DNA of 63,741 nt, filler included, from Octopus bimaculoides (GCF_001194135.2; 4 parts of 4 records of this genome joined end to end with filler, not necessarily neighbours in it); one strand, 5' to 3'. Counted from the first letter of the whole stretch, positions 38,800 through 52,459 are shown. Notes: generated by a model not told the origin, from the sequence alone. Program-made: numbers and translations.

Positions 38800-40185
38800 T
38801 TACCCTTTATTTTTAATTTATGGATTTTACACGTCATGTCACCCGCAGACCGCATTTATTGCGAGGAGATATAACATGAGTAATAAAACTGGCTTTACAG
38901 TAGATTTTTACTGCTATTTCTAAACATGTAAGGGTTTTTGAAACCCTCTTAGTTATAAGTGTTCATAATTATAAACACTCTTCTTCTATGTATTTTACGA
39001 TGACATGCTTGACCATTGATATATTATCTTCAATACTGGCATAGCTAATATGAATACTTTTGAAGAACAATACATGCTCCAAGTTTTGTATTTATTCATA
39101 TACAGAATATCGTGCATGCATAGTTATACTGCCAGTTGCATTGATTTCTCATGAGACCTTATTGGACCATATCACTTGCATTAAGATTCGAATTCACCTG
39201 AATCCTTCATTCCCTTTTTGCCACAGGTATGTGGGTTTGGCAAACTTGAAAACCCTGGAGAAGCTGATATCAAAAGTTTTTCTGTTAATGCTTTTATTGT
39301 AAATAAGTATAAAAGTAAAATATCTTCTTACTAGATACAGAAATGTTTCCCCTATCACTGTGCTAACATTTATCAAGCAGAAGGGATTATACCATATAGT
39401 CTTTCTCTGTCTTTTCCTTCTACACTGTTGTGGTAGCTAATTATATTTACTTATTTTCATTTAACATCTATTTTCTCTTAAAATGGTATTTTATTTTATG
39501 TAACATTATTTTATATACTTTCTTACATTTGTATGTATACTTACGTAGAAAGGCTCACAAACACATATATGCCTGCCTACATATCTACCTACATACATAA
39601 CACATACATAGACTCATATATATGTATATATATATATATATANNNNNNNNNNNNNNNNNNNNNNNNNNNNNNNNNNNNNNNNNNNNNNNNNNNNNNNNNN
39701 NNNNNNNNNNNNNNNNNNNNNNNNNNNNNNNNNNNNNNNNNNNNNNNNNNNNNNNNNNNNNNNNNNNNNNNNNNNNNNNNNNNNNNNNNNNNNNNNNNNN
39801 NNNNNNNNNNNNNNNNNNNNNNNNNNNNNNNNNNNNNNNNNNNNNNNNNNNNNNNNNNNNNNNNNNNNNNNNNNNNNNNNNNNNNNNNNNNNNNNNNNNN
39901 NNNNNNNNNNNNNNNNNNNNNNNNNNNNNNNNNNNNNNNNNNNNNNNNNNNNNNNNNNNNNNNNNNNNNNNNNNNNNNNNNNNNNNNNNNNNNNNNNNNN
40001 NNNNNNNNNNNNNNNNNNNNNNNNNNNNNNNNNNNNNNNNNNNNNNNNNNNNNNNNNNNNNNNNNNNNNNNNNNNNNNNNNNNNNNNNNNNNNNNNNNNN
40101 NNNNNNNNNNNNNNNNNNNNNNNNNNNNNNNNNNNNNNNNNNNNNNNNNNNNNNNNNNNNNNNNNNNNNNNNNNNNNNNNNNNNN

Positions 40186-40224
<39 letters not shown>

Positions 40225-40479
40225 TATATATGTGTGTATGCAGACATGTATATATGTGTGCTATACTATGCCCAGATACATATAATTATGTTCACTATCG
40301 AGGTTTACATTCAGAATTATAGACAAATACAACCAGCAAGTAAATAATGAATACGCAGACACTGACATATGTACATGGGAACAGAAAAATGAAGCGCATC
40401 CATGTGCATTATACATGTGTGCATAGATAAACACATAAACACATGTATATATAAACATATATCTATACATTTATATATA

Positions 40480-40512
<33 letters not shown>

Positions 40513-40740
40513 NNNNNNNNNNNNNNNNNNNNNNNNNNNNNNNNNNNNNNNNNNNNTTAATTAATTAANNNNNNNNNNNNNNNNNNNNNNNNNNNNNNNN
40601 NNNNNNNNNNNNTATATATATATATATATATATTAACACATAGTTGTACATACTTCGATATCTCTATGCTATTTCTTCACCGTCATCACTCCACTTTAAA
40701 ATTCATCGCGCAAAAATAATTTCGTTATTTGTCTGGAAGT

Positions 40741-40780
40741 GATAATCACTAAGATATCAATCGATATCTTAGTGATTATC
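40741..40780. repeat. Perfect 18-bp inverted repeat with 4-nt loop
   Basis: GATAATCACTAAGATATC-AATC-GATATCTTAGTGATTATC. Confidence 0.95.
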
Positions 40781-41977
40781 TCAATGGCAATCGGTTACGA
40801 TAAACGTGTTTTGTAAAGCTCACTTTCAGAAGATTATTTAAATTTCATTAGTAGGCTTCAGGAATGGCCTTCTACTCCATCATCTTAAAAATGCTAAAGA
40901 TCACGGCAATCGCATAGAAGTTTTAAATAATCAGAAGAATTATCTTTCCTAGACATGGGATTTTGGTTTCATGCTTCCATTGCTGTCGAAAAGTTTCGTA
41001 AATGACATTTGCTAATTTTTATGCGTATGTTAATAATGTTATCGTACTCTGATGAATTTGTAAACCAATAAACTGTTTTTTGTTATATATGTCTGTGACT
41101 AAACATTTATTATACAGCTCTACAGGAATTTAAGCATCAATATCAGAGTAGCAAATGGTCGTTGTTTTGTATGTGAAGATAGAGCTGTCAGTGGAAAACC
41201 GTAAATATTTTAAAGATCTTGATGTTCTCGACAGTTCTTCGGAAATGTTTGATTAAAAGTAGAGTCTTTGTGACTAAAATTACAGAAATGTGCTGAATAA
41301 AATTTTAGTATCGAAACGACGGAGAAAAAATGTCAGAATGTTCCTTCATGTATAGCTACATATATTTCGTTTGTTTTCTTGTTTTCCTGAGTTTCGGGTT
41401 TTGGACGTTTTGCGGGTTTTTTTGAATTATTCTTTTTATTTTATTTCCTTGCTTTATACGATCATGGCGTTTCATGCCAATTTCTTTAGGGGTATTAATA
41501 CCCCGGTTCAGAGACGAAGATTAAAAATATGAATTGATATATCAAGAATGATTTTGTCAACTACATTTTCGCTTGTTTCAGACGAATTGAATGAGAAGCA
41601 AAATGAGAGATTAGCTAGTAAGGTTTTAAACCTTGTAACGCGTTAAGATCTAACATTTGGAATATTCAAATTATAAATCAATACACACATTATTGAGGTT
41701 ACAATGAATGAAGCGTTTTCACAGTAAAGAAAGACAATGACACTAGTGAGACAATATCAGAGTATAATTATTTAAGTTTAGTTCTGAGAAAGATATCAAA
41801 GCAGATACGCAAAAGATTACGGTTTAGTCGTCCTTGGTTCAAACAGGGAGGTAGACTACAATTGAGACAGAATAAAATACATTCATGTGATTATAAAAAT
41901 ATGAATTGTATATTATTAAGTAAAACCGGTAAAGAACCCATTTGGTCATAAATGATCATGGAATTGCACCTAGAAAA

Positions 41978-42265
41978 TTCCCCTCGGAGGCACAAGTCCA
42001 GGCAGAGTTGTTTTATGGAAAACCAGCTGTCGCCTATGCATACCAGCCTTCCATCTCCATGCCATCGATGTTATCCAAGGGAAAAGCAAAGACCGATACA
42101 ACTCGGCACCACTGACGTTGAAACTTATTTCCACAGCTAGGGAACTGGAGCAACGTGAAATAAAATGTCTTGCTCAAGAACACAACACTCAGCCGGTGCG
42201 GGAATCGGTCTCACCACCTCATGGTTGTGAGCCCGGCGCTCTAACCACTGAGTCATGCACCATCA
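41978..42265 (-). mobile_element. tRNA-derived SINE with CORE-like domain
   Basis: Head GGTGCATGACTCAGTGGTTAGAGCG..GATTCCCGCACCGG, then TTGTGTTCTTGAGCAAGACATTTTATTTCACGTTGCTCCAGTT..AGCTGTGGAAAT (CORE-like). Confidence 0.75.
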
Positions 42266-42324
42266 CAAAAAGTATTACATTAAGTATTAAATACTTCACA
42301 TTAAAAATCTGACACTAGTATATA

Positions 42325-42513
42325 CAGGGTGGCCCAAAAGTAGGTTTACACTTATCACGTAGGTACTTTAAATTACTTTTAAAACATTTTATTACATTTA
42401 AATTTCTATCTTACAATTAACTAAATTAGCATAGAATAATGGTTTCATATTTTTTATAACTAAGATCTAAACTGTCAATATATGAATGCGAAAGAGATAG
42501 TTAGGCCATCCTG
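42325..42513. mobile_element. Tc1/mariner-type MITE
   Basis: TA-CAGGGTGGCC ... GGCCATCCTG-TA (9/10 TIR, TA duplication); only short TIRs remain. Confidence 0.6.
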
Positions 42514-43198
42514 TATTTTGGTTAAAGCGTTAATTTTAAATAACGATATAAAATGTCTTCTTCTTCAGTCTCTAGTTATCATTGAATTCACCATCGCTTG
42601 AACTACTTTTCCTGCCGCCATGTTTAGAAACTAGTTTATATTCACCTTGTGAGAAATGCCAGTGAAATCTCCATCACATTACACCCTGTCATATTAAAAA
42701 GAGAATACATTTATCATTCACTCGCTAGCATACGTAATGTCACGGTTATGTATTGAACAATTGCTTGATCATATCTTACATGGAATTAAACATGAAAAAC
42801 AGTTAACCTGCCTCAAAGTATATATATATTAAAGTAGGATTAATCTATTAATCCTTCCATATCTCATATTCCGCTGCAAAGATTTCCTTTCAAGCCGTGT
42901 TATACTAATTATTAATTATAATGTCCGCCACCATTGTCACCATACCGTCAGATAGTGGAGTACACACAAAGAGAACATTAATGTATTTACTTTTATGTAA
43001 AGAATCCACTTATTACAATAAATGAAATGTATTTGTTTGATTTTCTTGGCACAGCTGGTATTTACAAGCTTATGCTTTCATTTATTAACTAAAAGTGTTC
43101 ACAGATTGTCATTACCTGTCCACCTATATTTATTGATATATATGAGTGCTCGCGCATGTACGTGTACGTCCTGTGCATGCGTGTACGTTTGTATGCGC

Positions 43199-43247
<49 letters not shown>

Positions 43248-44203
43248 TGTGTGTGTGTGCGCAAGCATGCTTCCCATATATATTTTCAAAGATTTCTGAA
43301 AGATGAGTTATATGATAGTTGAAGTCAAGAAGTATAAATGTAGTTAAACTTGATTTGCATTTGTTATGTGTAGATAATTTTATTGCAAGGCAATATGGAC
43401 TCTTTGATTTTGAGTTAAATAAGAAAGAAATAGATAGATATCTACGACTATAAAATTAATTATATATTATCTTAACGTGAACAATTACGCTGAATGATGA
43501 ATCACATTACAGTTAAAGAGAAGAGTATAGACCATATTTTAAGATGACATAAAAATGTCGGAATAAAACTAATAACAAAAGCCATGGAGTAAGATGACAG
43601 TGGTGGCGGTGGGAAGTCGGTGGTGGCGGTGGCGGCGGCGGCAGCGGTGGTGGTAGGGATGTTGATGGTGCTTGTGAAGGTGGTGGTGGTGGTGGTGGTG
43701 GTGGTGGTTATTTAATTCGTTGAAAAAAAATCATTAGCAGAAAAGATATGCTCTCCCAGATTGCTTTCGTAAAATGTGAGATTTACCATGATACAAGTAT
43801 TCTTACATGTATCCAAAATCTTGTATAACTGCAAATAACTCTGGCTTTTATAAACAGAATTAAAGTCAAGATAATAGAAGGAAGGTGAAATAGAATGGAA
43901 ATACATTCTTCGTAGAGATAATCTAATTTGTAATATACGAAAGGGAGTGGAAAGTTGACACAGCTGTTGGATTCCCACTTCAAAATATTCAATCTAGATC
44001 ATTTTCTTGTATTGAATATTAAAATATTGAGTTCTGTAAAACTTTTCAAACATTAATAAGCTCGTGCTCAATATGGAAAGTGTGTCCAAATGTTTCAGTC
44101 AAATCTCTTCGCCAGAGGAAGACAGAAATTTGTTCTGTTAGAGCTGTGATTTCAGCACAACATGCAAAGTTACGTAAATATACGAAATTTAGTAAACGAC
44201 TGT

Positions 44204-44415
44204 AGGGCAGCGAGCTGGCAGAATCGTTAGTAAGCCGGGCAAAAATGTTTAGTGGCATTTCGTTCCTCTATACGTTCTGAGTTCAAATGCCGACAGATTC
44301 GACGTTGCTTTTCATCTCTTTTGGGGGTCTACAAAATAAACACCACTGAGGTCGATGTAATCGACTAAACCCCTCCCTCGAAGTTACTGGTCTTGTACCG
44401 ACATTTGGAATAAAA
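44204..44415 (+). mobile_element. Degenerate SINE-A
   Basis: GGCAGCGAGCTGGCAGAATCGTTAG head, CGTTCTGAGTTCAAAT B-box, GGTCGATGTAATCGACT core. Confidence 0.75.
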
Positions 44416-44779
44416 TTTAGTAAATGAATGTTTGTCAATGTAGATCCCTATTACATTTCCAGTAATCCTTTATCCATAAGCTTTTCAACGGTAAAGTTTG
44501 TAAGAGGCGTAGTAGTAAATTTACAAACCTGACAACTATTGTTTTAAACATCTCCTCCCCTTTTGCTTGCATCTGTTCTTTCCTCGGGGATTATAGTCGC
44601 TCTCTAAAGTATACAGTTATTCATAAAATTTTAAGTAATGATGATGGTAGTTAGTCGTAGTCCAAGAAAGACGGTTCCGCAATATCTTGCTAAAGGAGCT
44701 GCATAAGCTTTATTTCTTTATAGAGATCAAATACTTGTGCTATACATTAGCCCACTCCCTCCATCAAGTTCACATTACC

Positions 44780-44935
44780 TGAACCATTACACGAAGCACC
44801 ACACGTCAGATGTCATAGAACAACGAGAGATGAAGTGGTTTGCTGAAGAACACAACGCATCACTCGGTCAGGTATTGAAATCATGATCTCACTATTGCGA
44901 GTGCAACCCCCTGATCACTAGGCCATGCGCCTTCA
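44780..44935 (-). mobile_element. tRNA-derived SINE (CORE-like group)
   Basis: Minus strand GAAGGCGCATGGCCTAGTG..GCGTTGTGTTCTTCAGCAAACCACTT. Confidence 0.65.
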
Positions 44936-45100
44936 AAACCTTTCATATAAGACCAATATATACATATTTGTCATTTGTCTTACTTTATTCTTTTTTAGAC
45001 TGGTTTTCCACACTTACATACATCAAATGGCATTTGTTGACACTGATTTTCTGCAACTGGTTATTCTTCCTGTTACCAATCCTTATATGTTTCCAAACAA

Positions 45101-45136
<36 letters not shown>

Positions 45137-45178
45137 CTATGTATGTACGTACGTACGTACGTATGTGTATGTGTATGC

Positions 45179-45211
<33 letters not shown>

Positions 45212-45911
45212 TGTATTTATGTATGTATGTATGTATGCATGCATGTATGTATATCTGGTCTGAAAATCGATTTACAATTCCATAAAATAATTAAACTTAT
45301 GATGAATATACTTAAATCAACTCCATCGTCTATAGTTTCTACACTTAGAAAGACTCATGTATTCAAAGAAAACACTGAATATTGCTTAAAATTAAAGTTT
45401 TAAATAATCTTGTGATATTATTCTAAAAATACGATATTTCAGCATTGAAAATCTCCTCTAAATAGTCTGAATAATTTGATAAATAAGTTCTGTGTAAGAC
45501 TAAACACAACAACATTTAATAAGTCCATGATAATTTGTAAAACGCAGATTAATTTTTCGGTTCTATCACGTAGAAAAGAGCGAATCGTACTGATAAGGAG
45601 GCACCTTATGAAATGGTCTTAATTTATTTAGTTATTGAAATGGATTCTTTTGAAATTCCTTATTGTCTCTTAGATGATACGAAGGATTAAACATTGAAGA
45701 TAAAACTTGCTAAAGGGACTTTATGAAAATAATTGAAAATATGGAGCTCTACCAAAGTTGAGGTCTTAACCCAATATAGGACATCGCGAAAAGCATTTTA
45801 TACAATCGAGTTTACATCGAAATGACATAGAGGGATTGAATCATGTTGAAAAGTTGAATTGAAAACGGTGCATTTACGTTTAGCAGTAAAGTACGATTGA
45901 GACAATAAAGA

Positions 45912-45918
45912 AAGAACG

Positions 45919-45953
<35 letters not shown>

Positions 45954-46155
45954 AAGAAAGAAAGAAAGAAAGAACGAGAAAGAAAGAACGAGAAAGAAAG
46001 AGCGAGAAAGAAAGAACGAGAAAGAAAGAACGAGAAAGAAAGAACGAGAAAGAAAGAACGAGAAAGAAAGAACGACAGAACGACAAAGAAAGAAAGAGAG
46101 AAAGAGAAAGAACGACAGAACGAGAAGGAAAGAAAGAAAGAAAGAAAGAAAGAAA
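45912..46155. repeat. (GAAA)n with a derived 14-bp unit GAACGAGAAAGAAA
   Basis: Direct reading. Confidence 0.9.
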
Positions 46156-47246
46156 TACATCAAGACTGAAAGAAGCAGAGATTAAAACCCATAAAAACAT
46201 GGAGCTTATTTAAAGTACGCGTGGTGGTGGTGGTGGTGGTGGCGGGAAAGATAGTATTGGTTTGAAAACAACGTCAAAAACGAAACAAATTAGAAGTAGA
46301 TGCAGTTAGTATTTAGATGCAAAATATAGGCTAAGATGAAAAGTGTGTAGAGTTTTTTTTGAAGAACACAAGTGTTAATGCCTGTCTAATGAAAGGAACA
46401 AAACATGATTCACTAAAACAAACAAAAATAAGCAACAATACTGGAAACAACAAAAGATAGAAAGGAAGCAAAATAGAGGAAGAAACGCTGATAGAAAGAC
46501 GTTTGTGGCTAGTCTTTGTAGTGTTTTCATAAAGATTCCAGAAGATTCTTTAAACGTGTGGCAGAAAGCACTTCAAGATATTTATTTACATTGACATCAC
46601 TACGTGAACTGGTTGAAAAGTTCCAGATACAGAATTTTTTTTATTTTTTTTTTAAATTTTCTACTCTTTTCGTTCAGTAATTTTATATAAATATTTTGTT
46701 TTATGTTCTTTTTAAAATGAGCGTTTTTGCCATTAATAAAGAGAACAACACGCAAACACACACACACACATACAAACAAGCACAACAACAGCAACCACAA
46801 CTATATCAGAAAATTTACAATGAAAATCAGAGAAGCTCATCTCCGTCGACAACAACACCGAATAAAGATGAAACTATGGTTCACGTTAAAAGAAACCAGC
46901 ATGAAAGTATTTTCTAATCGGTCGGCTTTCAAAAGTTAGTAAAGTTAGTGTAGTAAAGCAATTATTTCCTTTGTTAAATATTTCACAACTTACGACACAC
47001 ACACACAAACACATACACAAACACAAACATATATATATATATATATAGGGGGGGGTATGTGTGTGTATATGCATATGCATTTGTGTGTCTATGTATGTAC
47101 TAACATGTACATGGACGATATATGAGCACATCTCTTCATCTCACACTGCGTGAAAACTATGAAATAAGGAAACCAATTTCAAGTAAATAACTCTTCTTAA
47201 AGTCCTTAAGGACATTTTCGACTTCAGTTATTCATCTTCTACTCGC

Positions 47247-47312
<66 letters not shown>

Positions 47313-47330
47313 TTACGTATACATATAAAA

Positions 47331-47385
<55 letters not shown>

Positions 47386-48946
47386 TACATACAAATTACT
47401 TTAATCTCCGTATGTTTGTGCATATACATACATGCATAGAGTAATCCACCTCTTAGCTTGTTCGGTTGGCTAGTGCTGTTGGTAGTCAAGGAGATTTTTT
47501 AACAAAACCTCTTTAAATCTCATTCCCTCGCACCCAAAAGTGATCTACCTTCCTGTTTTAGGTTTAAAGTCAAAAATCGTGTTTTCTAGGTTCCAACGTA
47601 GGAAACAATGCGGGGTTTCATTGCTTTTACTAGCATCAGCACTTGTTAACTCATTATATTTTCCACAAATACCTTTTTCTAATTCTTTATTTTTCAATGA
47701 TTATTTGTTTTTATCTCGTCATTTTTCTGCTTCTTTTACTTGTTTTATTATTGGTAACTTTCTTTAATTTGCTGTGGTCTCTACCACAGCATTTACATAG
47801 AACAAATCGATCTATATATATACATACATACATATGTATATATATATANNNNNNNNNNNNNNNNNNNNNNNNNNNNNNNNNNNNNNNNNNNNNNNNNNNN
47901 NNNNNNNNNNNNNNNNNNNNNNNNNNNNNNNNNNNNNNNNNNNNNNNNNNNNNNNNNNNNNNNNNNNNNNNNNNNNNNNNNNNNNNNNNNNNNNNNNNNN
48001 NNNNNNNNNNNNNNNNNNNNNNNNNNNNNNNNNNNNNNNNNNNNNNNNNNNNNNNNNNNNNNNNNNNNNNNNNNNNNNNNNNNNNNNNNNNNNNNNNNNN
48101 NNNNNNNNNNNNNNNNNNNNNNNNNNNNNNNNNNNNNNNNNNNNNNNNNNNNNNNNNNNNNNNNNNNNNNNNNNNNNNNNNNNNNNNNNNNNNNNNNNNN
48201 NNNNNNNNNNNNNNNNNNNNNNNNNNNNNNNNNNNNNNNNNNNNNNNNNNNNNNNNNNNNNNNNNNNNNNNNNNNNNNNNNNNNNNNNNNNNNNNNNNNN
48301 NNNNNNNNNNNNNNNNNNNNNNNNNNNNNNNNNNNNNNNNNNNNNNNNNNNNNNNNNNNNNNNNNNNNNNNNNNNNNNNNNNNNNNNNNNNNNNNNNNNN
48401 NNNNNNNNNNNNNNNNNNNNNNNNTATATATATATATATATATATATATATCGTGAAATATGCACAAATAATGCAGTAAGTAGTAAGTACCTAGCTCTCA
48501 GATTATAAAAGGACAGAAAATTGTTTAAAAAAATTCCATATATAAACATACATGCATATACATATATGTATGTAAATATATGTGCATGTGTATGTGTACA
48601 TTTACACATACATACACACACACATATATATAGACAGATATACATATATATATATATATATATTTATATATACATACACATATATATATATGTATATATA
48701 TGTGTGTATATGTATGTACGTATGTATGTATGTTTGTATGTGTGTATGTATGTATATATATATATATAAACATATAAACGTGAGTGTATATATACGGAAT
48801 TGTGTGTGCGTGTGTTTGTGCTTTTGCATGATTATGTACGTAATAAAACTGATGTTTTTCAATCACTGAATGCTTCCAATGAGAAAAAAAGAAGCAAGAT
48901 AGGGAAATAGAAAGGGAGAGAGATAAAAAGAGACAGACAGGGAATG

Positions 48947-48992
<46 letters not shown>

Positions 48993-49427
48993 TATATGTG
49001 TGTAAATATATATATGTGTGTGTGTGTGAGTATGTATATATATATATATATANNNNNNNNNNNNNNNNNNNNNNNNNNNNNNNNNNNNNNNNNNNNTTAA
49101 TTAATTAANNNNNNNNNNNNNNNNNNNNNNNNNNNNNNNNNNNNNNNNNNNNAGAATATGGAATATACAATATATAATATAAAATAAAATAAAATAAAAA
49201 TGGATGGCACCATGAAAGAAAGTATTGAATGTAGATGAAATATTGAGTGTTCAATATAAAGGATCAAATATATAAATATATAAATATAAATATATATATT
49301 AAGGCGACTCGAGTTTCAGGGCTATTTCCCTTCGTCATGGCCGGTATGACAGACTTTAACAGATTTGACCGTTGACTGAACACTATTCAATTTTTTTTCT
49401 CCGTGTTTTTTCTCCTTATCTCCGTAT

Positions 49428-49464
49428 TCTTTCTGTTGAAGAGCGTAGCTCGAAACGTCAAAGA
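49428..49464 (+). ncRNA. Minimal hammerhead-like motif with variant core, in a probable PLE pLTR (~49365-49545)
   Basis: TCTTT-CTGTTGA-A-GAGC(GTA)GCTC-GAAA-CG-TC-AAAGA: stems I and II intact, palindromic ACGT stem III, GUC site, core U in place of A6. Confidence 0.65.
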
Positions 49465-49554
49465 CTTTCCGTATTCCCGAGCGCCACACTAATATATACT
49501 TTTGTTATTTACACAAACTGTGCTCGTCTGTTGTTATTATTTGTATATTCTCCC

Positions 49555-49586
<32 letters not shown>

Positions 49587-49879
49587 ATATATATAGTCCG
49601 TTGCAGTCTAGTCTGGATTTAACATTCTCTACCTTAGTCGTCCACGTCCATTCTTATATCCGTTGATCCTAACTTAGAGAATGAGATGTGTTCTATTGTT
49701 TGTTTCAATCATCATGGAGACTAGTATTTGTCAAAATACAATGTTTATATACCAAAAAGATTTTATAACATCTTTCTAACATTTTCTGACATAATTTATA
49801 TATATACTTTAACCATGTAACACAAGCCTTCTGTAGTTTTTTCACTCTTNNNNNNNNNNACATACACACACACACATGT

Positions 49880-49970
<91 letters not shown>

Positions 49971-50255
49971 GAAAGAGGGAGAGAGGGAGAGAGAGAAAGG
50001 AAGAGAGAGAATGAGCAGCTGGTATACAAACAACGCATAACGACAGGTGTCTTGTTGCAAAATAAACAGACAGCATATCTTAGTATTACCATGCAAGGCG
50101 TTAGTATGCTGTTATTGTTGTCATTCTTGGTTATATTATGCATTGGCCACTCTGGTGTATATTCTATCATATATATTCGTTGCACCTGCTGCACATAAAA
50201 TAAGTGCACAGTGCTCGTATATCTAGGAGTAATATCTGGCGAAATTACGGTGTAC

Positions 50256-50472
50256 CTCTTTCACTCTTTTACTTGTTTCAGTCATTTTTACTGCGGCCAT
50301 GCTGGAGCACCGCCTTTAGTCGAGCAAATCTACCCCAGGACTTATTCTTTGGAAGCCTAGTACTAATTGTATCGGTCTTTAGCCGAACCGTTAAGTTACG
50401 GAGACGTAAACGCAGCACCATCGGTTGTCAAGCGATGTTGGGGGGACAAACACAGACACACAAACACACACA

Positions 50473-50524
<52 letters not shown>

Positions 50525-50696
50525 CATATATACGACAGGCGTCTTTCAGTTTCCATCTACCAAATCCACTCACAAGGATTTGGTCGGCCCGAGGCTATAG
50601 TAGAAGACACTTGCCCTAGGTGCCACGCAGTAGGACTGAACCCAGAATCATGTCGTTGGTTGGGTAGCAACTTACCACACAGCCACTCCTACACCT
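50256..50696 (-). mobile_element. Full-length SINE-B
   Basis: tRNA-like head, GGCACC.AGGGCAAGTGTCTT segment, internal (TA)/(TG) microsatellite, (AAAAGAGT)-like tail. Confidence 0.9.
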
Positions 50697-50940
50697 ACCA
50701 GTTATCGTTTTATATGAAGCCCGTGAATACTGCAGTTATTTTACTCTAAAATAAAAGCCTGCATTTCCTTAAACAGGTATATCTTCTCGCCATTTGGTAT
50801 GTCTCGCAAATGTGTCTGTGCGTTTATGATGACTCGAAGCGATGTTCGGTGACTCGTTTGATATTTGCTATATTTTTCGCGTCCTTCTTTTCTAATTCCT
50901 GTAAGCTACACTTACGCATTTCCGTTACCATACACACACG

Positions 50941-51014
<74 letters not shown>

Positions 51015-51738
51015 TACACACACATGAAAGTACACCGAAACAAACTAACTTCTCAACCATGATCGCTTGCGTTTGTTTATGTGCTCGTGAATGTGTACAT
51101 GCGTGTGTTTGTAAATGTATATTTGTGTTACAAAAAGAAACGACTGAGGTTTATTTTTTTATTTACATTTTACACATTATTTTCCAATTAAGGAACACAT
51201 AAAGAGTGACTCACTGCAGTGGAGGAAAGAAGACTAAATCCAAATACTATAGATTTTCTCACAACTATGGATGATCTATTTATTGTTTTGACTCTTATTT
51301 CTAGCAATATTGGTTAGTGACCTTGTTCACGTTAGTGACGTATATACTTCTGACTTTAGGATGTAAAATTGCGAATTTGACACTAATATTATTTATAAAT
51401 CTCACACTACCGTTTATGAAATCAGCATATAATTTTAACGGAGATCTTGAAATTATAGAGAGATCTTGAAATTATATAGATATTATAGAGAGATGTTTAA
51501 ATTATAGAGAGTTGAAAGGCGAAATGAGTTTAGCACCAGGTACGGCGAGAGCTTCTGATGAGCATTAACATGCGGCGTTAAGCATCACAATGCAAAATCA
51601 TCGGTGCTCTAGCAACATCAGCGACTGTAGAGGGGATTGTCTCCCTTGTCAACTCATTAAAATAGTGCTTTTCTTGGCTATTGAGTTGTTTGACGTATAT
51701 ATTTCTGTCTTTAGGCTTTAACATTGAGAATTAGCCAA

Positions 51739-52137
51739 GGGGCTGTGTGGTAAGTAGCTTGATTTCGAGCTTCATTGCTCCGGGTTCAGTCCCACCGCTT
51801 GGCACCTTGGGCAAGTGTCTTCTACTATAGCCTTGGGCCGACCAAAGCCTTGTGAGTGGATTTGGTAGATGGAAGCTGAAAGAAGCTCGTCGTATATATG
51901 TATATGTATATATATATGTATATATATATNNNNNNNNNNNNNNNNNNNNNNNNNNNNNNNNNNNNNNNNNNNNNNNNNNNNNNNNNNNNNNNNNNNNNNN
52001 NNNNNNNNNNNNNNNNNNNNNNNNNNNNNNNNGAGTACTAGGCTTCCAAAGAATAAGTCCTGGGGTCGATTTGCTCGACTAAAGGCGGTGCTCCATCATG
52101 GCAACAGTCAAATAACTGAAACAAATAAAAGAGAATA
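51739..52137 (+). mobile_element. SINE-B spanning a gap
   Basis: Aligns to the reverse complement of 50256-50696. Confidence 0.9.
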
Positions 52138-52230
52138 TATATATATATATATATATATATTCTTTTGATATTTTATTTGCTTCACCCATTTGACTACAGG
52201 CATGCAGGAGCACCCTTTTCAATATAATTA

Positions 52231-52459
52231 GGGTCTTCAAAAAGTCTCTCCGCAGAGAATTTTTTCATCCTGCGCATCACTATGTCGCTACTTCAAGAGT
52301 TTTTGGGTGAACGAACTATTTCGAAGGGACTTTGGCCAAGAAAGGCACCTGACTTAACACCGTCAGACTTTCGTTTCTGGGGAGCAAGTAAAGGAGAAGT
52401 GTTTGAGAAATGCCCGGAAACCATTAAATACTTACTGCAGAGAGACTTTTTGAACATTC
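52231..52459 (+). mobile_element. Internally deleted Tc1/mariner (maT/rosa-like) element with both TIRs
   Basis: TA-GGGTCTTCAAAAAGTCTCTCCGCAG and CTGCAGAGAGACTTTTTGAACATTC-TA; internal ERTISKGLWPRKAPDLTPSDFRFWGASKGEVF. Confidence 0.85.

Noticed and set aside
41119-41201. CFVCEDRAVSG resembling a nuclear-receptor zinc-finger start
   Set aside because: Spacing is off by one, no HY/CEGC continuation, and a stop follows immediately.
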